From assembly GCA_036517115.1 (NCBI GenBank), contig DATDYB010000023.1, positions 2,839-66,838 on the forward strand: a stretch of DNA of 64,000 bases, in the 5' to 3' direction. Source of the DNA: Minisyncoccota bacterium. GTDB taxonomy: Bacteria; Patescibacteriota; Minisyncoccia; Phycocordibacterales; PALSA-1337. Both the position numbers and the translations under genes were made by a program. The notes below the pieces were generated by a model. That model had not been told where the DNA came from. It did not search any database and worked only from the letters and a program-made list of their open reading frames with translations. Position 1 is the first letter of the stretch. Each line of letters begins with the position of its first letter. This document shows, piece after piece, positions 42,748 to 51,830 of this stretch.

Positions 42748-45396
42748 ATGAAACTAAAGATTGTGACGGCATGCTGTGTCGGAATCGTATTTCTGGCAGG
42801 CTACGAATATGCGACAGCACAAGTTTTTTCTGTACGGGAATTCGTGATCGATACGCTTGGAAAGCCGGTTGGGCTTATTGAAAATAAAAAAGGTACCTTT
42901 GATCTAGGTCATTCGGAAGGGAAGGTTGTACAAGAATGGACCAACACTAAGGGAGTAATGAAGGACTCCGTAAGTGGAGCAACATGGAGTATAGAATATG
43001 AGAAAAAGGGAGCCAGCAGGCAGGGTTGCAATCCACCAGTTCTTAATATCACCATGAAGGATGCAAAAGGTAAGACAAAACCACTTTTTTTCGGGACAAG
43101 CACTTACCAGAATAATACCGCTTTGAAGTACGCAAAAATCAGGATGGTGCCTGACTGCGAGCTGTGGGGATTCAATATTAATGTATTGCTCCGAGAATAT
43201 TTCGTATATAGCATGCTTCGAAAATTCGGACTACCTATCGTTGATGTGGTCGGTTTTGCGAATGTGACGTTTAAATCTTCTGATGTGGCTGAGTCAGAAA
43301 CATACCGTTATATGCTACTGCAACGAGACAATGAGTCGAAGGATGATATTGCGTTCACTACACAATTTAATTTTTTACCTGATCTGATTGAAGCGAGTGA
43401 TTCAGAAAAAGGTCTCATTGGAGGAATAGAGTATCCGGAAGGAGGAATGACAGTTACATATCAAAGTTCAGGAAAAAGAGGTGGTGAATTTGAAGTTGAT
43501 AATTTGATTCGGGTAGCCTTATTTACTGGGCTTTTTAATATGAATGACCGCTCCCCGTTACATAATGAAGATTATGGTATTGATGTAGCAACAGGAAAGG
43601 TGAAAAAAATTCCTTTTGACTTCGATATGTCGATCGGAAGTCAGTGTTCCGCATCAAATCTTACTTCTTTTGCGCCGAATGATGTAGTGAGAGAGATCAT
43701 GGCACAGGCGCCTCAAGATAAAAAACAACTATATACACAAACTTTGGTTAAAATTAGTAAAGAAATATTCGATACGCAGCAAACGCTCAGTAGTATGCTT
43801 GCTGTAGTTGATCGGTATCCGTTGTCTGATGATAAAAACAAGCTGAAAGAATACCTCAAAAAGAACTTCGGTATTTATGCGACGTATTTCGGATCAAAAA
43901 GATTTACCGATGACATGGCCATCGTTTATACACCGTTTAGTAACCCCGTCAGCGTATCTACAGCAAAGAAAAGTATCGTAGTGCGTTCTCCAAGTGATGG
44001 TGAGACCGTGAACGACCAGTACAGAGGAGAGTATACTGCTACAGGAGTTTCATTTTTCAAGGTGGAAATCATCGATGATAAAGGTAATGCTTCGCCGATA
44101 CGTCAATGGAATCGACGGGGTGTATGCGATGGGGTCTATGATTTCGAATCATGGTACGTAGAGGGACCAATTGACCCGAATGCATATTTCACCATACGTC
44201 TTTCCGATGTTGAGGATCCCGCCGTATACGGAGAAAGTGGCAAGTTCAAGATAAAGTCTACACGAGAATTCGTCGGACCCACGCCTATTCGTGCTATTCC
44301 TGTAGGACCGGCATCGATAAATGTCCTTTCTCCTGTGACAGACGAAGTGCTTGAAAAAGGAAAATCGTATGTTATTAGATACAAAGCCTCGAACATTTTC
44401 GAGATGAACGTGGATCTTATGGACATCAAGGGCAATAAGCTTATCCGAAAAATTGAGACCATACGACCTAATGCATTTGGTGATTTTTATTGGAATGTTC
44501 CTAAAGACCTCGATCTTGAGCGTGATGACTATTTTACTATCCAGATGAGTGACGCGCAGGACCCAAAGGTCAAGTCCAAAAGCGGAAAGTTCAGAATAGC
44601 GGAGAGTCACGAGCCCAGCATGGAGATTATAAGTAGTACGTTTGGGCTTGAATACGATAACAATCGTAAAGAGTCAGGGCTAACCTCGAAGATAAGTGTG
44701 AGTATCACTGCTCATAAAAGTGCTGATTTGATCATTGATAAAGAAGGAATGTTTCTTGTTGGTGCGCTCAGTAAAGAAGTGAATGGAATGTATAATGAAA
44801 CTAAATATACAACTCGCACTCCTGTAGGCCAGGTCGGGACGTCGTACAAAATTCCAGCAGGAACCAATGTGATATTCGACCTCACGACCAGGTTTAATCC
44901 TAAGGCAATGTTCGCGGGTTCCTACCAGGCAACATTGTGGGGGTTTGGATACGGAGAACGCGAGCGGGAGATTGCTGCCAAATACGCACCAGAAAACTAC
45001 TCCAATGCAGTAGTAATTGTTGGTGAAACATCTCCTTATATTATCAACCTCTTCAGCTCTTCTCAGCCTCCTCCCATAGATCAATCGGTAACGATCGTCG
45101 GAGAGAGATTTGGTGTTGGTATGATCGACGTGGCGATCAATGGAAAGAAAATTTCATTATTAGCAAAGAAATTTGGAGCCAAGGGTCTGGATCAGATTGA
45201 GTTTATACCGAAAGATGTGGGTATTGAAGCAGGGTGGATTCAAATACAGATTATGAATTCTGTAGAAGGGAACAGTAATATGTATAATATTGAATTTCTT
45301 CCTGCTAAGGCAGCGCTCGGAACATGGAAAGATCAGTTCGCCAACATACTACAGGCAATCGAAGGAATTTTTAGTACCAAGAACGTCAAACAATGA
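42748..45396 (+). CDS. secreted CotH-like domain protein with two Kre9/KNH-like beta-sandwich modules (882 aa)
   Basis: The signal peptide is MKLKIVTACCVGIVFLAGYEYATA/QV. LREYFVYSMLRKFGLP and FNMNDRSPLHNEDYGIDVATGKVKKIPFDFDMSIG resemble CotH kinase-fold motifs. TATAAT at 42732-42737 lies 10 nt before the ATG. Confidence 0.7.
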   Translation: MKLKIVTACCVGIVFLAGYEYATAQVFSVREFVIDTLGKPVGLIENKKGTFDLGHSEGKVVQEWTNTKGVMKDSVSGATWSIEYEKKGASRQGCNPPVLNITMKDAKGKTKPLFFGTSTYQNNTALKYAKIRMVPDCELWGFNINVLLREYFVYSMLRKFGLPIVDVVGFANVTFKSSDVAESETYRYMLLQRDNESKDDIAFTTQFNFLPDLIEASDSEKGLIGGIEYPEGGMTVTYQSSGKRGGEFEVDNLIRVALFTGLFNMNDRSPLHNEDYGIDVATGKVKKIPFDFDMSIGSQCSASNLTSFAPNDVVREIMAQAPQDKKQLYTQTLVKISKEIFDTQQTLSSMLAVVDRYPLSDDKNKLKEYLKKNFGIYATYFGSKRFTDDMAIVYTPFSNPVSVSTAKKSIVVRSPSDGETVNDQYRGEYTATGVSFFKVEIIDDKGNASPIRQWNRRGVCDGVYDFESWYVEGPIDPNAYFTIRLSDVEDPAVYGESGKFKIKSTREFVGPTPIRAIPVGPASINVLSPVTDEVLEKGKSYVIRYKASNIFEMNVDLMDIKGNKLIRKIETIRPNAFGDFYWNVPKDLDLERDDYFTIQMSDAQDPKVKSKSGKFRIAESHEPSMEIISSTFGLEYDNNRKESGLTSKISVSITAHKSADLIIDKEGMFLVGALSKEVNGMYNETKYTTRTPVGQVGTSYKIPAGTNVIFDLTTRFNPKAMFAGSYQATLWGFGYGEREREIAAKYAPENYSNAVVIVGETSPYIINLFSSSQPPPIDQSVTIVGERFGVGMIDVAINGKKISLLAKKFGAKGLDQIEFIPKDVGIEAGWIQIQIMNSVEGNSNMYNIEFLPAKAALGTWKDQFANILQAIEGIFSTKNVKQ

Positions 45397-46958
45397 AAAA
45401 TATTATCCTTATCGCAGCCATCCTCGTCCTCGTCTCGCCATTAACAACATGGGCTGAAGGGAACTGTCTCATTCTCCGCGAGACGATGCGGCTTCGTTCG
45501 GACGATGATCGCACTAAAGGAGAAGTTTCTAAACTCCAGAATTTTCTCAAAGCAAGAGGATATTTTAACGCTGAAATTTCGGGATTTTACGGGAAAGCTA
45601 CTGCGGAAGCCGTACTTAGTTTTCAAAGAGCCAATAACATTGCTCCTGCCGGTGGGAGTGCATGGGTCTCAGCCGTAGTAGGTAAGCAGACGCAGGCAAA
45701 GATAGCGTCGCTTACTTGTAAAACAGCAACCATTAAAGACGCGGCGCCTACACTCACACCTGTTGTCAGCACCCCTCTTTCCGCTACTCCTCTCGAGGTT
45801 TCAACCACAGGTTCATTTACGCTAACTTTTCTCACTTCACCGACTGAGTGGCTTCCTGCCACTACCAAAGCTATTACCTGGACAACCATTGCCGGGGTCG
45901 TCATTCCGTATGTAAAGATAGATCTTTATAAAAATGGTGTTTATGATCGGTCGATCACCACGAGCGCATACAACTACGGAACCTATACATGGAAAGTACC
46001 TTCCGATCTTCAAAGTGCTACCAGGTACACTATTCGTGTGAGCAGTCTTTCAGGCCTCCAGGCCACTGAAACAAAAAGTTATTTTACTGTGCCCACTGTT
46101 ACGGTAGCAGCACCAGTTACGGTACCGACACAAACTGGCACTACGCAGCCCACGGAGAGTACCATCGTCCCTCTCTCGGCAATGTGCTCCGCCAATGTCT
46201 CCACTATAGCGACTAATGGAGAAGTGCTGTGGACGGTGAGACCAGTGGGTGGATCAGGAAGCTACACCTACTCATGGAATGACACCGATGGTGTAATAGG
46301 TGCGTCGCCTACCTCAGTAACCTACGCAAGGATCTATACCACTGTCGGTACTAAAACCGTGAACGCTCTTGTCATGGATGCTGCTGGAAAATATACTCCT
46401 GCTTCCTGTGGTTCAGTTACCGTGACGGCACCCGTTACGACGTATTCGACGGGCAACACTGGATACTCTACTGGAAATACAGGCAGTACAGGAAATACGG
46501 GGGTGTCCGGCATCCCGAACCTCTTTCCATCCACTCCTGCAGTATCCGGTAACGGCTCGCCGAGCGGTGCCCTACAGGCTGGAACTATGACTGTCACGGG
46601 TGGTGTGGCGAACAACGGTACGGCGACCGCAGGGGCATCGACCGTGCAACTTAAATATTCTCAAGATGGTGTGAATTATTACGACTGGGTGACGCAATCC
46701 ATATCCTCCGTTGTGCCGGGCTCTCTTCAGTCGTTCTCTTATACTTGGCAAGGTGGTGTTGGTGTTTGGTATGTCAAAATGTGTGCCGATTCTACCAATG
46801 CTGTTACAGAGTCTAACGAATCGGACAATTGTTCAGTGGGTACAAGGTTTGACGTGGTGGCGTCTGTCTCAAAGGGCGGCGGCAAACTCATGGCAAGCGT
46901 CAGCAATGCAATTGGCAGCATCATTCGTTTTCTGGGAAAGCAAGGGGCCGTCGAATAG
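45393..46958 (+). CDS. secreted protein: PG_binding_1, Kre9/KNH-like, PKD-like and CARDB-like domains (521 aa)
   Basis: ATGA overlap with the upstream gene. The motifs are VSKLQNFLKARGYFNAEISGFYGKATAEAVLSFQ, GSGSYTYSWNDTDG and WYVKMCADSTNAVTESNESDNC. Confidence 0.75.
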   Translation: MKNIILIAAILVLVSPLTTWAEGNCLILRETMRLRSDDDRTKGEVSKLQNFLKARGYFNAEISGFYGKATAEAVLSFQRANNIAPAGGSAWVSAVVGKQTQAKIASLTCKTATIKDAAPTLTPVVSTPLSATPLEVSTTGSFTLTFLTSPTEWLPATTKAITWTTIAGVVIPYVKIDLYKNGVYDRSITTSAYNYGTYTWKVPSDLQSATRYTIRVSSLSGLQATETKSYFTVPTVTVAAPVTVPTQTGTTQPTESTIVPLSAMCSANVSTIATNGEVLWTVRPVGGSGSYTYSWNDTDGVIGASPTSVTYARIYTTVGTKTVNALVMDAAGKYTPASCGSVTVTAPVTTYSTGNTGYSTGNTGSTGNTGVSGIPNLFPSTPAVSGNGSPSGALQAGTMTVTGGVANNGTATAGASTVQLKYSQDGVNYYDWVTQSISSVVPGSLQSFSYTWQGGVGVWYVKMCADSTNAVTESNESDNCSVGTRFDVVASVSKGGGKLMASVSNAIGSIIRFLGKQGAVE

Positions 46959-46964
46959 CGGCTG

Positions 46965-46973
46965 TGCTATAAT
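46965..46973 (+). promoter_or_regulatory. extended -10 box TGcTATAAT upstream of the tpiA leader
   Basis: gcTGtgcTATAATgc. TG at 46965-46966 and TATAAT at 46968-46973. Confidence 0.45.
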
Positions 46974-47009
46974 GCTGAATTGAAAGAAGCGAAGCGACTA
47001 TGCAATTCG

Positions 47010-47072
47010 CACCCCGTGGAGTAAATCATTTCATGATTTCATTTTGCGGAGCAAAATGTACTCCACAGGGTG
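47010..47072 (+). promoter_or_regulatory. 63-nt three-way-junction RNA structure in the tpiA-pgk leader (function unknown)
   Basis: P1 is CACCCCGTGGAGTA / TACTCCACAGGGTG (14 bp, 1 mismatch). P2 is aatcat-ttc-atgatt. P3 is cattttgc-gga-gcaaaatg. A further hairpin gattttc...gaaaatc lies at 47075-47104, just before the ATG. Confidence 0.45.
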
Positions 47073-47108
47073 ATGATTTTCTAATCGTAGAGCTCAAGAA
47101 AATCAATC

Positions 47109-47870
47109 ATGAAATCAAAGAAAATTGTAGTGGGTAACTGGAAAATGGAACCTCATTTTATAGCTGATGCAACGCGGCTTTTTACGGGCGTAAAAAAAAC
47201 AGCCGAAAAATTAACTTCGGTTAAGACCGTCGTTGCTCCGCCGTTCGTATATATCCATGATTTGAAAAAAAAATATAAAGGAGAAAATATCTCGCTTGCT
47301 GGGCAGGACGTTTTTAATGAGATGGGGGGTGCATTTACGGGTGAAGTTAGTCCTTTGCAACTTATGAGTGTTGGAGCGGAGTACTGCATCGTCGGACATT
47401 CCGAACGACGCAAGCTAGGAGAAACAGATGTTGTTGTAGCAGAAAAAGTCCAAGCTGTTCTTAAAGCAGGACTCACTGCCATCGTATGTGTGGGAGAAAA
47501 TGTCCGGGATCAAAGCGGTGCCTATCTGGATTTTGTTGCTAATCAGCTTAGGGTCACTCTTTCTAAGGTTCAGAAAAAAAATATTCGCGGACTCATTGTC
47601 GCTTACGAGCCAGTATGGGCGATCGGTAACAGCGAAGCCTTAAACGCCGCACTTATCCAAGAGATGGCGATTTTCATAAGAAAGATTCTTTCGGATTTAT
47701 TTGGTCAAGAAGAGGCTTCTGACGTACCCGTACTCTATGGCGGGTCGATTTCAAGCAGAAATGCGGAGGACGTAATGCGCGGCGGCGGAGTACAGGGACT
47801 TCTGGTAGGCCGCGAGAGTTTAAACGTAGAAAGCTTCAGAGAGATCTTGAAGATAGTCGAGAAAATGTAA
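47109..47870 (+). CDS. tpiA: triose-phosphate isomerase
   Basis: 253 aa with GNWKM, GHSERR, VCVGE and YEPVWAIG motifs. Confidence 0.92.
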   Translation: MKSKKIVVGNWKMEPHFIADATRLFTGVKKTAEKLTSVKTVVAPPFVYIHDLKKKYKGENISLAGQDVFNEMGGAFTGEVSPLQLMSVGAEYCIVGHSERRKLGETDVVVAEKVQAVLKAGLTAIVCVGENVRDQSGAYLDFVANQLRVTLSKVQKKNIRGLIVAYEPVWAIGNSEALNAALIQEMAIFIRKILSDLFGQEEASDVPVLYGGSISSRNAEDVMRGGGVQGLLVGRESLNVESFREILKIVEKM

Positions 47871-47888
47871 TTTTTCAGCTCTGCCTTC

Positions 47889-49052
47889 ATGTCCCTTAAA
47901 ACCATCCATTCACTCCATAATCTTAAAGATAAGCGAGTGCTCTTGCGTCTTGACCTTAATGTGCCTGTCGAGAACGGTCAGGTCGTCGATGCCTTTCGGA
48001 TCGAACAATCTATCCCGACGGTAGAATATCTGCGTCAGAAGGGAGCAGTGGTGATCATTGTTGCCCATATTGAAGCGGAGGAAGGATCCTCGCTTGAGGT
48101 TGTGGCGTCATACCTGCGAAAGCATTTTCCCGTAACTTTTATTAAAGAATATTGGACCGAAGAAACGAAAGGTATTGTTGAGAATGCAAAAGGTGGCAGT
48201 GTGATTCTTTTTGAAAACCTCCGTCTTCATGAGGAAGAAAAACGTAACGATAAAGAATTTTCCAAGAGACTTGCAGAATACGGAGATTACTATGTGAACG
48301 AAGCTTTTTCGGTATCGCACCGGTCTCATGCCTCTATTGTCGGACTACCCTTGTATCTCCCTAGTTTCATAGGACTTCGGTTTGCCAAAGAAATAGAGCA
48401 TCTCTCTACAGCGGCAGCATTACCGCATCCATTTCTTTTTATTATCGGCGGGGCAAAGTTTGAGACAAAGTTGCCGCTCATTGAGAAGTTTTTAGGTCAC
48501 GCTGACAGGGTTTTTGTGTGTGGAGCCCTTGCTCATGACATCTTTAGGTTCCAGGGTTGTGAAATCGGCAAATCTACGGTCTCTGAGGTGCAATATGATT
48601 TTTCAAAAATTATCAATAACCCGAAAGTTGTTATTCCTACTGATGTAGTGGTGACAGACAGCCACGGGCCATGTGTTAAAAAACCGCAGGACGTTCTCCA
48701 TACAGATACTATCTATGATGCTGGTCCTGAAACCATCACAAAACTCAAAACACTCATCAGTGAGGCTAAAGGAATTCTCTGGAATGGTCCCGTCGGTTTC
48801 TGTGAGCGAGGATTTAAAGAAGGAACTATCGAGTGCGCCCGGGCGATCTCGGAAAATACTACTGTCCGCTCTATTGTTGGTGGGGGAGACACTTTGGCTG
48901 CCATTGAAGAGCTCGGCATTATTGATAAATTTTCATTTGTTTCAACTGGTGGCGGAGCCATGCTCGAGTTCCTGGCAAAGGGCACACTCCCGGGTATTGT
49001 CGCACTCAAAAGAAGTCAGCGGTGGAGATGGTTAAAGTTCCTTCTTTCCTAA
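47889..49052 (+). CDS. pgk: phosphoglycerate kinase
   Basis: 387 aa with [30 protein letters not shown] and [11 protein letters not shown] motifs. Confidence 0.92.
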   Translation: MSLKTIHSLHNLKDKRVLLRLDLNVPVENGQVVDAFRIEQSIPTVEYLRQKGAVVIIVAHIEAEEGSSLEVVASYLRKHFPVTFIKEYWTEETKGIVENAKGGSVILFENLRLHEEEKRNDKEFSKRLAEYGDYYVNEAFSVSHRSHASIVGLPLYLPSFIGLRFAKEIEHLSTAAALPHPFLFIIGGAKFETKLPLIEKFLGHADRVFVCGALAHDIFRFQGCEIGKSTVSEVQYDFSKIINNPKVVIPTDVVVTDSHGPCVKKPQDVLHTDTIYDAGPETITKLKTLISEAKGILWNGPVGFCERGFKEGTIECARAISENTTVRSIVGGGDTLAAIEELGIIDKFSFVSTGGGAMLEFLAKGTLPGIVALKRSQRWRWLKFLLS

Positions 49053-49408
49053 AGATTTTCTCGAATTTTTTGTGCGTTGGTTGTAAAGCTGTTTTTGTCG
49101 TCTTTGGTGGATGCAGGATCAGGAAAAACCCAGAAATGTGCATGAGGAACTTCTTCACCGTAAATTCTACCTTGAATGAGCTCTGTCCCGAATGCTTTTC
49201 TTTGTGCTAAGGCGATTTTTTTGGTGATCTTAAAATATTCTTCGGCCTGAGGCACGTCCCATACCCATCGGTAATGTTGCTTGGGAATAACGAGGGTGTG
49301 TCCGGGGGATTGAGGATGAATGTCTAAAAAGGCGAGAAAGTTTTCATTCTCGAACACGATCTCGGCTTGAATTTCTTTTTTCACAATTTTACAGAAAATG
49401 CAGTCCAC
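49049..49408 (-). CDS. HIT-family (histidine triad) protein
   Basis: GTG start. [15 protein letters not shown] and the triad HAHFWV are present. Confidence 0.8.
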   Translation of the reverse strand: MDCIFCKIVKKEIQAEIVFENENFLAFLDIHPQSPGHTLVIPKQHYRWVWDVPQAEEYFKITKKIALAQRKAFGTELIQGRIYGEEVPHAHFWVFPDPASTKDDKNSFTTNAQKIRENL

Positions 49409-49444
49409 GAAGATAGTATAAGGTATTAAGTATGAAGACGGAAA

Positions 49445-49471
49445 TAAAAAGAGCCTATTTTTAACAGGCTC
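49445..49471 (-). terminator. intrinsic terminator
   Basis: The minus strand reads gagcct-gttaaaaat-aggctc followed by tttttatttcc. Confidence 0.6.
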
Positions 49472-49477
49472 AAGATT

Positions 49478-50008
49478 TTAGATAACCGCTTCCACGCTAG
49501 GTGGACGAGAGGTGGTTTGACCGAAGTACGGTTGAATTAGTTTGGTGCCGGCCTCTTTATCGACCCATTCACGCAATTTTTCTTCATCACAGAGTGAAAT
49601 GAGTAACTCGTTAACCTCGTCCGGTAGCCGTCGCCTGCCATTCCATGGCGTTCTGATCGCCACCTTTCTTTGTGGTGGTGTCGATAGAATTTTTCCCACT
49701 TCCTCGTCGAGCGTGGAGGACGAATCGTTTTCTCGAACCGGGTTTCCTCGGAGTGAACAGGAAATAGCGAATATTGGATTACCTCGAGTATTTTTGGTAA
49801 GCACGATACCGCATTCATATTTTCCCCAGTATGTGAGTAGTATGGCATTGGCGGCTCTCTTCTTCTTTGTCTCGAGAAAATAATTCGCATGCTCACCAGT
49901 GATGGCATTCATGAGAATACTTTTGAAATCAGGATCAGCCTTCAGGACTTTCCGAAGAGTGTTATTAGCCTCGCACAGCAATTGTTTGCTCTCTCGTATT
50001 GTTTTCAT
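49478..50008 (-). CDS. hypothetical protein (176 aa)
   Basis: ORF 49478-50017. The first ATG is at 50008 (MKTIRESKQL...). No domain recognised. Confidence 0.5.
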   Translation of the reverse strand: MKTIRESKQLLCEANNTLRKVLKADPDFKSILMNAITGEHANYFLETKKKRAANAILLTYWGKYECGIVLTKNTRGNPIFAISCSLRGNPVRENDSSSTLDEEVGKILSTPPQRKVAIRTPWNGRRRLPDEVNELLISLCDEEKLREWVDKEAGTKLIQPYFGQTTSRPPSVEAVI

Positions 50009-50078
50009 AATGATCAATTTCTGAAGAGAATATATCAGCTTTTATATGAATATGGAAGGCTAGGCTTGAGAAGGGGGA

Positions 50079-50087
50079 TGATACAAT
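50079..50087 (+). promoter_or_regulatory. extended -10 box TGaTACAAT, 6 nt before the recJ ATG
   Basis: gaTGaTACAATaaaagcATG. Confidence 0.5.
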
Positions 50088-50093
50088 AAAAGC

Positions 50094-51818
50094 ATGTCGA
50101 AATTCTCCATCCGAGAGGCGATTCCAAAAGAAGCGCATGAAGAGCTAGCTTCCCACTCGGACATTGTGCGACACCTCTTGTTTCACCGTGGCATTACCAA
50201 GAAGGAAGAAGCAGAAAAGTTTTTAAGACCGAACTATGACCTTCACGGCCACGATCCTTTTGCTATGAAAGATATGGAGAAAGCGGTGCTCCGTATCGAA
50301 AAAGCGTTCTCGAATAATGAAAAGATTGCTATTTTCAGTGACTATGATTGCGATGGAATACCCGCCGGCGTGATTCTACACGATTTTTTTAAGCAGATCG
50401 GATACGAAAACTTCATCAACTACTTCCCGCACCGTTACGAAGAAGGGTATGGTCTAAACATCCCCGCAATTGAAGAATTTAAAAAAGAGGGTGTGTCGCT
50501 CATCATCACCGCAGACTGTGGCACGTCCGACGTCTTGCAGGTTGAACGGGCAAATGAGCTTGGTCTCGATGTCATCATCACCGACCACCATTTGTCGCAG
50601 GAGACAAAGATCCCGCCCGCGTATGCCATCTTGAATCCTAAGCAACCCGACTGCGCGTATCCTGAAAAAATGCTCTGTGGCTCAGGTGTCATCTTCAAGC
50701 TCATTCAAGCTCTTACTACGAGACTGGCAACTAGTAACTGGCAACTGAAAACTGGACAGGAAAAATGGTTGTTGGATATGGTGGGTTTAGCAACCATGGC
50801 CGATATGGTGCCGCTTCAGGGAGAGAATCGCGTGTTCGCACACTACGGCTTGACGGTGCTTCGCAAATCGCGTCGGCTAGGACTCAAAAAGCTTTTAGAA
50901 AAAAGTAAAGTCAATCAGCTGCACTTGTGTGAAGATGATATCGGTTTTACTATCGCGCCGCGAATCAACGCCGCTTCGAGAATGGGAGAACCTTCCGAGG
51001 CATTCAGGCTTTTGACGGCATCAGACGAAGCAACTGCCGAGGAGCTTGCTAATTATTTAAATAAAATTAATGACGAGAGAAAGGGCTTGGCGGCCTCAAT
51101 GGTTAAGGAGATCAAAAAGATTTTAAGCGTGCGAACTAAAGAAGAGGAGAAAAAAGTGTTAGTCATCGGCAATCCGAAGTGGAAACCGCCACTCCTTGGG
51201 CCCGTCGCTAATAATCTTTCAGAAATGTATAGTGTGCCGGTGTTCCTGTGGGGCAGAGCAGACGGTGATTGCATCAAAGGTTCCTGCAGGGCCAGTGGGG
51301 CCGTTAATGTTTTGGAGCTTATGAAAGCGGCGCCGACAGATCTATTTCTAGGCTACGGTGGACACAAGTCATCGGGCGGCTTTTCCATCTCTCATGAAAA
51401 CGTACATCGACTTGAAACGGAATTAGTGCATGCGTTCGACAGAGTCGTGGGCATACAAAAAGAGGAAGAAGAAATTTTTATTGATATGCGTCTTGATCTT
51501 AACGCGGTGAATTGGAACACCTATGCTCATGTTGAGAAATTGGCGCCTTTTGGGTATGGCAACTCGAAACCGGTATTTCTTTTAGAGAATATTGTACCTT
51601 CAGATGTGCGCCGCTTCGGTAAAGAAGAAAATCATCTTGAGTTGGTATTTAGGGGAGAGCGAGGTAATAAAATTCCCGCCATCGGCTTTTTCACCACACC
51701 CGAAGATTTCCCGAAGCCACCGATGAAAGGTGAAGCCTTGAATCTCGTGGCCACCATCGAAAAGTCCATGTTCCGAAATTTCCCAGAACTCCGTCTTCGT
51801 ATTATCGATATTATTTGA
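50094..51818 (+). CDS. recJ: single-stranded-DNA-specific exonuclease RecJ
   Basis: 574 aa with DHH motifs (IFSDYDCDGI, ITADCGT, IITDHH) and a DHHA1 domain (GGHKSSGGFS). Confidence 0.88.
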   Translation: MSKFSIREAIPKEAHEELASHSDIVRHLLFHRGITKKEEAEKFLRPNYDLHGHDPFAMKDMEKAVLRIEKAFSNNEKIAIFSDYDCDGIPAGVILHDFFKQIGYENFINYFPHRYEEGYGLNIPAIEEFKKEGVSLIITADCGTSDVLQVERANELGLDVIITDHHLSQETKIPPAYAILNPKQPDCAYPEKMLCGSGVIFKLIQALTTRLATSNWQLKTGQEKWLLDMVGLATMADMVPLQGENRVFAHYGLTVLRKSRRLGLKKLLEKSKVNQLHLCEDDIGFTIAPRINAASRMGEPSEAFRLLTASDEATAEELANYLNKINDERKGLAASMVKEIKKILSVRTKEEEKKVLVIGNPKWKPPLLGPVANNLSEMYSVPVFLWGRADGDCIKGSCRASGAVNVLELMKAAPTDLFLGYGGHKSSGGFSISHENVHRLETELVHAFDRVVGIQKEEEEIFIDMRLDLNAVNWNTYAHVEKLAPFGYGNSKPVFLLENIVPSDVRRFGKEENHLELVFRGERGNKIPAIGFFTTPEDFPKPPMKGEALNLVATIEKSMFRNFPELRLRIIDII

Positions 51819-51830
51819 TATTCTATTTCC

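Noticed and set aside
47066-47104. A hammerhead ribozyme core, suggested by GTGATGA followed by a helix and GAAA next to a three-way junction.
   Set aside because: Position C3 is G. The helix after the box is not directly flanked by GAAA, and the stems do not fall in the order required for the hammerhead core.
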